This document shows, piece by piece, positions 41,501-55,651 of a DNA stretch of 64,000 nucleotides. The notes below the pieces were generated by a model that worked only from the letters and a program-made list of their open reading frames with translations, searched no databases and was not told where the DNA came from. Source of the stretch: Veleropilina oligotropha (Eukaryota); NCBI GenBank assembly GCA_048128005.1, contig JBEUKZ010000046.1, positions 1-64,000 of the forward strand. Reading direction: 5' to 3'. Position 1 is the stretch's first letter; each line of letters starts with the position of its first letter. Made by a program: the position numbers and the translations under genes.

Positions 41501-44312
41501 CCCGGACCATCAAGCCAGCTAGTCGTCGACTGTTGACTGACTTGTTTTTTGAAGTCATGGTCGAAAGCAAGAGTTTAACATTCGGTCCATCGACTCCTAG
41601 ATCGTCGCAAGTTGTGTCTAACACGAATGTGGTATCCGACTGAGTGTCCAACGGGGCGTACACTAGTATCTCTCTTTCTGGGCGGTTGGAGTGTGACATC
41701 CAGACAGGTAGTATCATAGAACATTTGCATGTTCTTTCAACGTTGAAACGACGATTGAGTCCGACATACGAGATAGCCGATTTGATCGTAGTTTCTTGTA
41801 CGACGGCCTTTCGTACATCCCCATGGAGGCTTGTATGGTGTTGTTTCGAGCACGTTTTACATTTAAGTTTCTGTTTACAGTTCAGAGAACGATGACCATG
41901 ATTTAAACAGCCGAAGCAGAGTCCATTTATTTTGGCGAAGTCCTTTCTCTCTTCCAGGTTTTGGCAAGGAATATATAACAATCATCAATACTATGCCGTT
42001 TCTTGCAGAAGGCGCAAATATTCTTGTTGTTATTTTGATTGGATATTCCTCCTCTCTCTGTCGCGTAAGTACGTCCAATTGATCTCTGTTTCTCACCTGG
42101 AGTGGTTGTGGAAATATTCGATTTCAAACTTTGGAGGGATGTCACAGGATCGCATGCAATTTGTGCCTCTTTCGCAATGAATTTACGAACTCCATAAAGG
42201 GAGAAAAATTCTGGTAGTTATCTACCCAATGGGTGGCAATTATGCCCCAACCCAAGGTAAGCTATTCTGGTAGTTTCATTAACATCTTTCGATTTTCCTG
42301 GTCGCCATTCTGTACACGGAAACTGCTGATGGATCGCATAGCTATTTCGCATTGTTTCAGGTAGTCTGAGTATTTTCGCAGGGCGTATCCATCTCTCGGT
42401 GCAAATGGATCGCCATATCGTTGTTCAAGGAGGATCATTGCCTCGTTGTACGCATCATCGGTTGTCAACAGCAGGAAGCCTTCCACTGACTCCTTTGCAT
42501 GTCCGCCTAAGTATTTCTTGAGATAATAAATGCGTTCATTCGGTGGGATGCCTTTGTTGCCGATAAGTGTTTGGAAGGCACTTCTCCATGCAGGATATGA
42601 CAAAGGGTCACCGAAGAATACGCCAGGGTCTGGGGGTGGTAGGCGACTCAGAGATACTTGCTCTGTCAAGACCTTTAGAGCTTCACCAAGCTCGTTGTGA
42701 GGAGTTGAGATCTCGTAAATCTTAGATTGGTCGATTATTGGATCGTAACCACGATTAGACTTGTAGGTATTTACACGATGTCGCTGACTTAATGTGGGAA
42801 CATTACTAGGAGCAGTAGAGTTCTTATTGTCAACGAAGTTGGTTACAACAGGAGCAGTTGTGGCAGGAATACCGATTGGAGCTAAGCTGTTCAGCGGGCT
42901 ACGCTTTTGTGTCATGGGCACCACGGGTTCACTGGGAAGAGGTTCTTGCGAATGAGCTTGGAGGTAGTCGGCCACCAAGTGTTCTTTACTGATTGATGGA
43001 AGATCAAGAATTTCAATGTTCGCCTTGTCTCGGAATTCTATCCTTTCGACGGCTTCTATTTTGGCTTGGACCATACTGTACTCCTTTTGTGTTTGTATCC
43101 TTTCCAATTCAATGCGTGACCTTTTAAATTCAGCCTTCTTTTGAGCCTCAATGTCCATAAACTGTAGCTTTGCTCGTAGAGACGCTGCCTCCGCTGCAGC
43201 AACAACTTGTGAATGTCGAGATGTTTTACTGCTTGTTGTTTTTGTACCGTTGACCTGATTTCGTCTTGTTCTAGTGCTCTGATTTTATCAGAAATGTCCT
43301 TCGACAAGAGATAGTTGTCTTCCTCTAATTTGTCATATGTTGTGAATGTCTCAGTTGTGTTCTCGGTGTCGGATAATTCCTGATAACATTTGACAACTTC
43401 ATTCATTTTGACATCCATTGCGTCTCTAGCCGAATGCAGAATCGTTTTATCTTTCGAATCCGACAACAGTCTTTCAATCTTGGTCGCGTGTCTTCTCCAT
43501 GATGAAACAGCTTTCTTAAGATGTTGCTGATAAGTGTCTAATCGCCGTTCGACAAATTTATCTGTCTTTTGTCTAGTTCTCATTTCACCCTTTCTTACCA
43601 ACTCATTATCTACATTAGAGAAGTGAGAGTGGCGCCCCTGTCGTCTGATATGGATTCGTGAATATCGTTGGTGGCCATATTGAAAATTATAAATTACAAA
43701 TACAAATTATTCTCTCATTAAAATATTTGTGATCAAACAATTATAAATATCTTACATGTACATATTTTTCAAACCACAAAGCCGCATGATTTTGCAATAG
43801 CAAATAAAATGATACGTGAAGATATTGTACACAAGTCTCGTAATGATAAATGTAATATACAGAATATCAACAACCACAAGATCATACAGTGACGAATAGA
43901 AATGATACGGTCATATTATATGACGTACGTGTGTCGTAATGATAAATGTACTATTAAAATATGAAGCAAGGATGAATATTTTCAATGTAAAGAATATCAA
44001 TAAAATCACATGATCACACAATAGCGTTTTCAATTATATGGTAAATATTGAACATATTTTTCGTAAAATATACCTGAACTAGTGGGTAATGGTTCCAACC
44101 TTCAATGAAATAACATGTACTTCTAATGTAATTCGTAAAAATATAAGGTATTACAATTCACCCAGTCACAATATGAGTTTTCTTGTAGACAGTTTATCAT
44201 CGACAAAATCGTACAATGTCACTTTAAGTCGCAATGTCACTGGAATTCACAAATGTCTCTTCAAGTCGCAGATTCGCAGAAACTTGTACAATCGCAGAAA
44301 TAATTCGCAAAC

Positions 44313-45040
44313 GTCACTTCAACAGTCACAAGTGGTATCATACGGTTTACGGGAACTCGTATAAGCGCAGAAATAATTCGCAAACGTCACTTCACCAGTC
44401 GCAGGGGGTATCGCACGGTTTACTGGAACTCGTATAATCATACGAATAATAATAATGTCACTTAAACAGTCGCAGGGGGTATCACACGGTTTACAGGAAC
44501 TCGTATAATGGCAGAAATAATTCGCAAACGTCACTTCACCAGTCGCAGGGGGTATCACACGGTTTACTGGAACTCGTATAATCATACGAATAATAATAAT
44601 GTCACTTCAACAGTCGCAGGGGATATCACACGGTTTGCAGGAACTCGTATAATCGCAGAAATATTTCACAAACGTCAATTCAACAGTAGGGGGTATCACA
44701 CGGTTTGCAGGAACTCGTATAATCGCAGAAATATTTCGCAAACGTCACTTCAACAGTCGCAGGGGGTATCACACTGCTTGCAGGAAGTCGTATAATCATA
44801 CGAATAATGATAATGTCACTTCAACAGTCGCAGGGGTATCAAACGGTTTGCAGGAACTCGTATAATCGCAGAAATATTTCGCAAACATCACTTCAACAGT
44901 CGCAGGGGGTATCACACGGTTTGCAAGAACTCGTATATTAATCATACGAATAATGATAATGTCACTTCAACTGTCGCAGGGGGTATCATACGGTTTACTG
45001 GAACTCGTATAATCATACGAATAATAATAATGGCACTGCA
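44313..45040. repeat. Tandem array of ~10 x 70-74-bp units upstream of BEL gag
   Basis: GTCACTTCAACAGTCGCAGGGGGTATCACACGGTTT..GGAACTCGTATAATC starts at 44313, 44386, 44457, 44530, 44601, 44674, 44744, 44815, 44887, 44961. Confidence 0.95.
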
Positions 45041-45495
45041 AGTATATATACTCGGTAGATTCTTTATCTTCTTTGATTTCGCTAAATGTTCACAGCTCGT
45101 GTGGAAACACTTTCAACCGTCGCAGGGGTATCACACAGTTTACAGAAAGTGACATATTCAATATCAATAATTTGTTATCGACATTCGCAGGAATAGCCGT
45201 TGATATTCACAGATGACGCTGTCTGTGTCATATGTTCGTTGGATCGCAAATAGTTACAGGTGCATTACGAAGTCCACAGGAAATCGCACAACTGGTAACA
45301 AATAATTCGTTCACAAGTTAGCATATTTCGTAAAAAGGAAGTCGTTGTTACTTACAGATGACGTAATAAGTTCGATGGCGTTGTCTGTGTTACCGATCTT
45401 ACTTGATTTTGGTATTTTTGCTACACCACACTGAAAAGCATGAAATTGCTCGCACACACTCAGACAAACAAACGAGCGCCGGACTCTCAACGGCA

Positions 45496-45700
45496 CCGAT
45501 GGTGTGCGCAGTTGAACTCAGCACTTTCTCACACATAGTCATTCATTGAAAACAGAGAGACGGAAAGAAAAACATATATGACCATATAATAGTTTCGCCT
45601 CGGCCGATGGTATGCGCAGTTGAACTCAGCACTTTCTCATACATAGTCATTCATTGAGAACGGAGAGACGGAAAGAAAAGGACATATGACAAATATGACA
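45496..45700. repeat. ~108-bp tandem duplication in the putative BEL LTR
   Basis: CCGATGGT.TGCGCAGTTGAACTCAGCACTTTCTCA..GAGAGACGGAAAGAAAA occurs twice. Confidence 0.9.
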
Positions 45701-47435
45701 TATGACCTATGACAAAAAAGCAAATATCACCAATTTTCTTGAAGTAGAATTCTTTCATTCTAAGCGGAAACATATTATTCCTTTGCTAAGATCCATGGAT
45801 GCCTGCTTTTCATGTTGTAAATTTGACGGACATCTATTTGTGAGACCAATCTACCTACGCATTTTTTAGATAAAGATATAACTTAGATATGTGTATTTTC
45901 GTGTTTATGTCTTATGACATATTTATAGTCACTCCTTTAATACCGCGCATTATCTACTGAAAATCTATGAAAGACAATGCGTCTTCACCCTCCCTCGCAG
46001 TTTTAACATAAAACTACTGGTCTTCGTTGCGGGCTATCATGTTATTAATATCCGATATCTCCAAAAGTCGATTCTATTTGACGCCTACCTTAAACGTTAT
46101 TGATATTTATGCGTGCAGACAAAGGTAGCGACAAATGTATGTCGGTTAATCCCTTTTATCCGTGGATTCTTATCGTTTTTGGATATCGGCTGCAATTGAT
46201 AGGTTAATTTGTCTTTCTAATATGGAAATGTCGAATTTTTCTGACACAGTCTAGCAGAGAATGATTGATTTATCCTAGATTTCGCGATTTCAATCAGATT
46301 TCTTCACGAGCTTGCCAATTGCAAGATGGTAACAATTCACTGGAGACTTACAGGAATCGTGTGAATTTATGAATTTCTGATGCATACACAATGCATAGGG
46401 TTGAGTCTGATTCATCGGGGAGTCGGTTATGTTATTACTGCTAAATAGACTTCTGAAGACATTTGGACTGCTCAATTACTAGACCGTTATCCTAGGCGAC
46501 AACGAACCTGTCTCATTTTGCTCGAAAGGCAATACGTATATTGATTTAATCTTTATGTTGTTTGGTATATAATTATTGAAAAACAAGGCTAAGGTACATA
46601 ATACACAGACTTTACGGACATGATATTTATCCAATAATTGTCATTTTATCGTCATCATAACTTTTGATGTAGATACGAGACACTGAATTTTAATATTATA
46701 TCATACTTATTTCAAATTTTGTTGAAAATATACAAGGGATAACGTATTTTACCCCGGGACATGAAAACATCGGAACACCATTTTGTTTTACAATAGGAAT
46801 AACAACATGCCCCATGACACTCAATTAAGTTACAATGCCGCTATTACCCCGGGGGCCAAGACCATGTTTTATATATAGGGGAGATGGACACCGTCTGCTG
46901 TAAAAGGATGGTGGCAATTTTTTTTATCAATATTGACCTCCTGGAGCACAGTTAGGTTGGCCAGCCTTCTGGAAAATCCACAGGGGCTCTTTTTTTAAGT
47001 GATTTTTGATCTTACCCCATCTCTGTAATTTCACCGAAAAATGATAGGCTGTATCTTATTAGTGCAGCAGAATAGTGAAACAATTGTAGGTTTTATAGCA
47101 AAAGCACATAATTTGGCAGAAATGTAAGTCAGGAAGAGTAGACAAAAGTTGATATGGGCCTCCATCTGAAAATCCAATATGGTGCCCAAAATCCAAGATG
47201 GCCGCCCAAACCATCAAAAATGGTATAATTAACTTTATTTTTTAACAATAATGTACAGTTATTAATTTAATTTTTGGTCCTAAATTAAGGTTTAGTCTAC
47301 ACTTAGTGACTACCAACTCTGTAAGCTTTATCCAAACAAAAATACAACATGGCTGCCATAAAATCAAAATGATAACCAAAATACATGAAAATGGTGTATT
47401 GCACCATATTACTTGGTATACGGTATTTAATTTTA

Positions 47436-47885
47436 TTATATGCCAGTCGTTTTCTGACGCCTATTCTCGCGCAGTTTTCCGAGACCCTGTATCACGGACA
47501 CAGCTGATATCGATTCAGAAAACGTCTCCTGCTTATATATTCACAGGAAAACGTCTCCTGCTTATATATTCAAAATGGCTGACAAATCGTAGGAACTACT
47601 TCCAATATAGTCCTATACTATTTCAACCTCCCTTACAGATTCGTGACTAAAATTACCATAATCTTTCGATTCAATTTAATAAGAAACTTGTTGTGGCATA
47701 TAATAAAAATGTTATCAGTTATTGTGTGGATTCTGGCACATCGGAACCTCTCGTGACGTCGTAGTTTTTGCGGCGGATAAATCGCTCGAACTTCGTTCTC
47801 GCGATTAATCTGCCGCAAAAACTACGACGTCACTCGAGGTTTCCGATGTGCCAGAATCCACACAATACTGATAACATCATTATAA
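47436..47885. mobile_element. Crypton-like MITE with a ~170-bp hairpin
   Basis: Near-perfect inverted repeat 47709-47877 around the loop CGAACTTCGTTCTCG. Confidence 0.6.
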
Positions 47886-48849
47886 TTGGTAATAATAATG
47901 TGCGGTTATTTACATTTTTGCTCATAAAATAGGCTTAGTCTACATTACTAACTCTGCAAACTTTTTTATCAAAAGAAAAAATCCAACATGGCTGCCACAA
48001 ATCAAAATGGCTGCCAAAACACATGAAAATGGTGCATTTCACCATATTGTTTCGCAATAATGTACATTTGTTTAGACTAAAAAATAAGGTATTAAGCATC
48101 GTTTCAAACCAAACATCAGAAGCATTTTTTTGCCAGATACGATCAGAAACCAACTTTCAAATTCAGTCAGAGGAAGGCCAGAGCACTGGGAATAAAGCAG
48201 GCGCACCCATTTTCAAGTTATGGATTCGCCAACCAACGGCACTTTAAACACATTGCAGAACTTTAATTACTGCTCTTTCTACAATATTTTCTTTTAAGTC
48301 TGATGAATGCAACGGCACATTTTCCCCAGTGTTTAGGGAGTAATACACCCCTTAATACTCCCCCTCCCCCAAATTCGTGTCGCCAGTTCCAAAAATCAGG
48401 CACATATACCCTCTTTCGTATTTTGAGACTGCTAAGCAGTTAGTGGAATAATTTCTTATTAGAATCATTGTCCAGATATCTAACGTACAACTTCCTATCA
48501 GTGCATCAAAGTACCGTTGGCTTCTATCCATGCACTCTTACATGTCTTCGAAGATTTAGAACTTGAAGATACCTTAAAATCTTCGCATTATCTTCATGAT
48601 AGTCAATCCGAACCTTCTGAAGAACTATCGAAATCTATTCAGGCATTGGTTATAATTCAAAGCTCATGAAGGTGGTAAAGATTACACTTTGGCAAGTATT
48701 CGAATTCAAAAGTTTCTGGAAGGATTAATCGATGATGAATTTCCATAGCATGTTCACCAAATAACCACACATCGCAATAAAAATTTATGCTATTCCAGAT
48801 TCAAATGGAAAGTTGGCAATAAATTCGAACTGCAGCCAATAATGGCGAG

Positions 48850-50397
48850 TTGTGGCGATATGGCCGAGATAGGACCAGTCAACAATGTTTGCTACAATCT
48901 CTATTATGCAGTCATAAATTATATTGCGATTATTCTTAAAACTGGTGGTACGCGTGATTGTTCTATCGTCAACTACTGGAGAAGATCCATCGCCAGATCA
49001 ATCGTAGGTATAATCTCTGTGACTAGTGGCGATGATCAGCGACACGAATCAGTAGTCACCTAGCGCTCAAGGAGTGCACTTCGTTGAACTTCTCAACTAC
49101 AACCCACAACTTCGTAATACGCTATGCCTCCCAAGAATGGGAATGGCCGTAGGAAGATGACCCGCACAAAGCCAGAATCTGATGTCGGGAGGTTTTGGGT
49201 GAAATTCACCCGGCACCGGCCACGCTGGATAACTCCGCCTGGGACATGCCAGCCAAACCACATGATACGGTCATGACTCAGCAGGGGATGAAGCGACTAC
49301 CAAGAGGATAAAGAACCCAGAGCTTGAGCTAACAGTAGAGCAGACTCTCTGTGAATGGTTCGACCACCCCCTGTTTTGCGGTAAGAGCGACGCCTGTTTA
49401 ATAAACCTACTGAGAAAAAGACTGCCTCCTGGGCAAGGAGGGCAGGGAGCTCAAAATGAGCGATAATTACCTTTAGAAGCCCATTTTATATCTCGTTCAA
49501 AGTGGGACACCTGGAAGAAGTCAGCTGTGTTGGCTGTTCACAGTGGCCATATACCGTAAGGTGGTGGCCAGCTTGAGCACTGGTTCGAGAGCATTTCGGT
49601 AGTTGGTGTCCCGCTTTGTGAGCTTGGGCGTTACTCGGAGAAGCAGTGCGTCGAACATACGCGGTTCTATGCGCATGTCGTTGGTGAAATCACCCTGTGA
49701 CTCTCTTTCCACTTCATTCATCAGATTGATGTAGTTGCCGTATAAGGATCACCTCTCGATCCAGGGACCCAGTATTGGCGCCTTCTTTCTTTGATATCTT
49801 TTCTTCGTCGGAAAAGTACGACTGAGGCCACGGCACCCAGATGTTGATGTTGCCCATCTAAAGATGAGCCAACATAAGTTCGAGGAAGCACCAGTACATC
49901 CGCCATAGGGATATTCTCTCTTCGGGAGTCGCATTGGAGAGTGACCTGAGCCCCAGAAGCCGCTCTAAATATGTTGGTCTCGGAAAAATAAAGACTGGCG
50001 GTACCACTAATCGTAAAGTTGTGCAACCAGTTAGGACAGGTCGTGACTGGTTGCACAACCGATCGTGGGGTCACCACTGTGAAGTGACACCACTAATCGT
50101 TAGCGACATGTACGTTTGCACGACCCATAGTGAAGCTGCTTCACCCGCGATCATAGACGATTTGGTGGTGGATCAGTCGAGACTGGTCGACAGTGGTGGT
50201 ACGACCATGTAAGACCTGTCTGCGGCCTTTTGCGATTTGAAATCGCAGGTCAGAACTTTTGATCATGATCAACGACCTTCTCGCAGCTGAGTTTGTTCTG
50301 GGAATCACACACGACCGCTGCGACCAGTAGCGCTCTTTCCAAGATTTGCCCGCCTTTCCAACATTTTTCGGTCTCCGACATGGTGATCTTGACTTTA
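48850..50397. mobile_element. Internally deleted Harbinger transposon
   Basis: Plus strand MPPK../MADF-like fragment (~49124-49460) converges on a minus-strand transposase N-terminus (RRQYWV.PWIERR..MRIEPRMFDALL..ALEPVLKLATTLRYMAT, 49521-49934). Boundaries approximate. Confidence 0.75.
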
Positions 50398-51339
50398 ACT
50401 AATCTCTACACAAGAATAATCAGGCAGTACTGGTATATTTACCATAGATCAGAGAAGTAATATTAACCTATGAAAGCTGAACAGGTCACCGGATTCGATA
50501 TATTGACCTTCAGATCAACGGATTCGTTACATTAACCTGACAAGCAACAAACATGACGTTATAACTAATACCATGCGCACGCCTTTTATTCAATTGGAGT
50601 GGGCAAAAATACGCTGTCATATCGATATATATATTGGTGTCATCAATTTCGGTTTAATAATGTATGCTCTAAATACTGTTATTCATATAGTCCATTAAGG
50701 GGTGTATGTAATTATTTCATAATATGTATTGAAATGCAATGCTTCATTTGATAATTATATGTGTCCTTAATAATAATAAGTATGATGTCCATTGTTTATA
50801 ACATGTGTTTAATGAAATTATCCTATTATTGCTAGTAGACCCCCGTTTGACTGGTGCCATTTTTTTTACAGCTGGGGTAAAATAATAAATCATTCTATAA
50901 AATAGCCCCTGTGGATTTCCCAGAAAGCTGGCCAACCTAAAATTATTCCATGGGGGATATATAAATGAAAATATGACACCAGCCTTTTACAGCAGACGGT
51001 GTCCACCCCTCCCCTTTGCCCCCCGGGTATATTACATTGATATCCATGGTTTTCCCATTCCGTGATATTTCTCGCAAATGACAAGTCGCAAATATATACT
51101 AGAACACTCAAAGCGTGTATTATAGCTGTTCATATTAATGCATAGACATTATATTAATGAGGGTACTGCAGCATCGAAGGGTGGATAGTTTAATCGTTAA
51201 TTATTAAATCTAACACCATTGTAATTGGTTATAATAGCAGTCTTATATATCAGTATACACTATAATTCATTTAAACTGAATATATTTTTATTTTTGAATT
51301 ATTACAATATGTCAAAGAGATGTCCACTCTGAAATCACT

Positions 51340-51525
51340 TGTTTCATTACGCTAACTAACAGGGTGAGTTCGAATCTCGGTTGGGGCATTGACATTATTT
51401 GTTGTCGGTAACTGGCCGGAGAGGGCAATTTCCTCGAGCGACCGGGCTTTCCCTCCGCAATAATATGGACATGTAATGCCTTGAACCTGAAGGTTGTAAA
51501 TTTACAGGAAATTAAGCATCGATCT
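51340..51525 (+). mobile_element. SINE family A, partial
   Basis: GAGTTCGAATCTCGGTTGGGGCA..ATTAAGCATCGATC. Confidence 0.85.
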
Positions 51526-52276
51526 GGGACAACATTTCCGAAGATAATTCTTCGCTGTGCATGTACATATTAGTTGTGATTGTAGTGGATATCTTGCATT
51601 GCATTGTCCTGATATCAAAGTATTTTTGAGTTGTGTCGTATGATAAAGGCAGATTTAAAATGAAATGTAGATATATCACGTTTACTTTATTAGCAGAAGA
51701 TAAGCATGCACGTGATACTCCATACTCGCGCCGACGCCATTGTTGAGAAACAACGGCTTAATAAAATGGCACTTCTTAACACACTTAGGTAATAAACGCT
51801 TTCATCGTTTTAAGCGAAAGTAATAAATTATAATATCCTGTTGATCGATTTGCGCTCTATTTAATAGCTTGGTTCTTGAAATGAACAAGTCCAGGCAATA
51901 GCAAATTAAATATTATCACAGTAATTCGACGCGTTTGATAGATAACTGGCGCAGCTGCCATCGGTAATAATAATTGATTGTCAAGCGACGTTCGTTCTGC
52001 AGAAAAGACATTTTATTATAGTAACAAAACCAAAACATGATGTCCAGAATATGATATAAGGAGATTTCAACCTCACCTTTATGTATTATATGTGCACGCA
52101 TGCGCGTGAGCGCACGTACACACAAATACACATAGTTACAGAAAGAGGCTGTTTGTGCGAATGGATTCAGAGCTATGTTGTTACCATTACGTCATGGAAG
52201 AATTGCATGAATACTTTAACTGACAGTTGTCACCAGAAATCTTGTAATCAGGTATACGCAATCAGTATCTTACTGT

Positions 52277-52734
52277 ATAATAGCGCATATAAGGGCATGC
52301 CCTTATAAGTGGATTGTTTCATTTAAATAGTGATAATAACTACAAATTTGTTTCCACATGGTTTACGCCTGCATATCTACGTCGAAAGATGACTTCGATA
52401 GAATCATTATTGAGATTTAGTATTGTTTCTTTGCATAGTGCGGTGCGAGGTGTTCACGTGTATATAAAGTTTCCGGATAAATTAACACATACATTTGACA
52501 TTACGTAAGGATGAAAAATCATATCACAACAACTCTGTGGGTGTATATTTGGTAAATTGGAAGTTGGTTGGACATGTTGCTTACAGTTAGCGTGCAGATG
52601 GTTGAGTAAAGGGAAGAATGTTACTGATATTATCACATAGTTTCAAAATTTATCAGTTATAAGGGCATGCTCTAATATTAGAATATAATGGCATACCCAT
52701 TTATAGGGACATGCTCTTATATGCGCGACTATAT
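52277..52734. mobile_element. MITE with repeated ATAAGGGCATGCCCTTAT palindromic subterminal motif
   Basis: Left GCGCATATAAGGGCATGCCC vs right GGGACATGCTCTTATATGCGC. Confidence 0.6.
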
Positions 52735-52859
52735 GGTACAAGGCATTTATATCTTTAAGTGTGTTCAAACTAATCGTGTTCGGTCGAAAAATACATTGAA
52801 GATGTCTTTGCAACATTTCTGAACTCTAACACAAGAGAGTAACAAACATGTCAGCCCCC

Positions 52860-53520
52860 ACGAACAATTCCTGTTTTTCTCGTCACGACAAGTCGCCACT
52901 CTATAGTATAGAGAAGGAGTACTATTAATCGGTACAGCCTCGATCTAGAAAAAGTTGGAGGCTATCACCTTCGTCGCCGTAAATCCATCCAAGTTCTCCT
53001 TTATCTTTTGTGAACGTAACGTGGTGAGTTCGAAATTTTGGGAACAATTTTGGAACACCATTCATCGCCAATGCGAGTTCTATTTGTCAAATATATTTCC
53101 TGCATCATCGCGTGTCTTTAAAGGGCACTTTTCGGGGAGTATCTTGTAAGCATTTTTCGTATTTCATAACTTGCATCTTCTCTACGACGAGGGCAACAGA
53201 GGTGGGGTCAACTAACATATTTCTTACAATATAGAAGCATATAGGAAGGAAACATCAACAAATTGGTTTCAAAATGTTCTTGCATGACCCAGCCGAGAGT
53301 ACGATTAAGATTAAATGTGGATGCAATTATACAAAGATATAGACGGACATCGTCTGCGTACAGGTACCCGCCTACAGTACAGCTATCTGAGCGTGTATAT
53401 TTCACTTAGTTCTTGCCAAAAGAACTACGTATACACCATACTATGGCCCCAATAGTGTTAGCCTATGTGAACTGCAGTCAACGTTTGAAATTTATTGTTG
53501 AAATGGCTGTTCCTGGCATT
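52860..53520 (-). mobile_element. Highly decayed LINE reverse transcriptase fragment (CR1/L2 group)
   Basis: TLLGP..VYV, YLYADDVRLY, NLNRTLGW..N, KCL..FK...CRK..QI.AL, WIYGD..LL, PSLYYR in RT order. Confidence 0.6.
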
Positions 53521-53769
53521 TTATATCGAGATTTAACAATATAACACGCCAAATTATGTAAAAGTATAAAAGGAGCGTATACCGAAGGAACACAAGATCA
53601 GTAAGGCATCAGGTGGTCGTTTTCATAGATTTGGCACTTCGGTTGATATATATCTTTACAAATTTCTACGAAAAATTGTTAAATGTGTTATATTATATTA
53701 TTTAAATGAAAAATGAACACCTTGACAAAAATATTTATTTGTTCGAACATCGCACCGAAGGTGTAAACA

Positions 53770-54040
53770 GAAAAGGAAAGGAAAAGAGCGATGCCTACTG
53801 TCCTGTATATTTGCAACTATTAGTTTCAAAGCAGGACATGTTCATATTATAATCGTGGGAGGAAAGCCCGGTCACCCGGGGAATCCCGCCGTATCCGAAC
53901 AGTTACGGACAACTGTGATTCATAACAACAAATAATGTGATGTCCTAACAGAGATTCGATCTCACTATTATTCGTCCCAGCGATATCGAGCCAGTGATTT
54001 TTGGAGTCTGCAACCGAAACCACACGACTATCGGAGCGCC
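53770..54040 (-). mobile_element. SINE family A, full length
   Basis: Aligns along its length with 26626-26890. Confidence 0.88.
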
Positions 54041-54739
54041 ACACAGAAGACGTAAATGCTGACATAAATAGATATAGGTTTGAAAATTATACCATTTAGT
54101 GTCGTTATCGGTACATTCAAATCATTGACGCCAATTGTCTTTCTTGAATGAAGACATAAATGTGTCAAAACATCTACAACGATTATATAAATTTACCAAT
54201 TAGTGGTTTTGTTGCCTGTATTTCAAAATAGCGGCTAATTTGAATACCTTAATAAATATCCCGATAAGATGATGTTCAATTCTGGAAACATTTGGTAGTG
54301 TACAGAGTCTCTAGTGTAACCCTGTTATGAGTTAGAATTGTAGCTAAAATATTATCATACATCATATAGAAATACTACTGAAATCACCGTAACTGGTGGC
54401 GCCAGGAACCCGTATTTTCCGACAAGCCACGATCCAGTTAACATAGTAGCAAGCCTCGCGGGAACAGATTGACAGTTGCAAGTAGACAATTTCCTATGAG
54501 CACAGCATGATTTCATCTTATCGAATATGCTGGAATGCAATGGTGGTTTTCTGGTAAGCATCATGGAAATAATCCAGTATTGACAATTGCATATCGCTTA
54601 CTGCATGTAATACAATAGGTACGTCAACTTTAAAACAAATATTCTACTTCAATTTTTTAAATAACTATTTTTCTAGTACATGGGGACAGGTCTGTTTATA
54701 TATAATCAGTGAAACCGCATTAGACCGATGTAGAAAATA

Positions 54740-55651
<912 letters not shown>

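Larger units (their letters stand above)
38526..45714 (-). mobile_element. BEL/Pao LTR retrotransposon remnant, 3'-truncated within integrase
   Basis: gag (F.GDPLSYPAW; CFGCL..GH..NC..C..C...HHTSLH), protease (LDTQSDTTF), RT (YIPHHG, HLFGAVSSP, FYVDDGL), RNase H (LHHFSDAS, IPRLEL, WTDS, NPADEGSRG), integrase ([18 protein letters not shown]); many frameshifts; TG start at 45714 is a putative LTR edge. Confidence 0.92.
46876..51015. mobile_element. Long-TIR non-autonomous DNA transposon (TAG terminus, Academ-like) with nested insertions
   Basis: TAGGGGAGATGGACACCGTCTGCTGTAAAAGG..TTAGGTTGGCCAGCCTTCTGGAAAATCCACAGGGGCT is inverted at ~50900-51015. Confidence 0.75.

Noticed and set aside
44313..45040. 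CRISPR-like repeat/spacer appearance
   Set aside because: The variable parts are only two recurring variants, not unique spacers; there are no cas genes; the context is a eukaryotic retrotransposon.
52860..53630. Initially read as another GT92-like remnant (WQ, PTSVALV)
   Set aside because: LGP, YADD and downstream motifs fit a LINE reverse transcriptase better. This shows that by-eye GT92 calls can be false positives.
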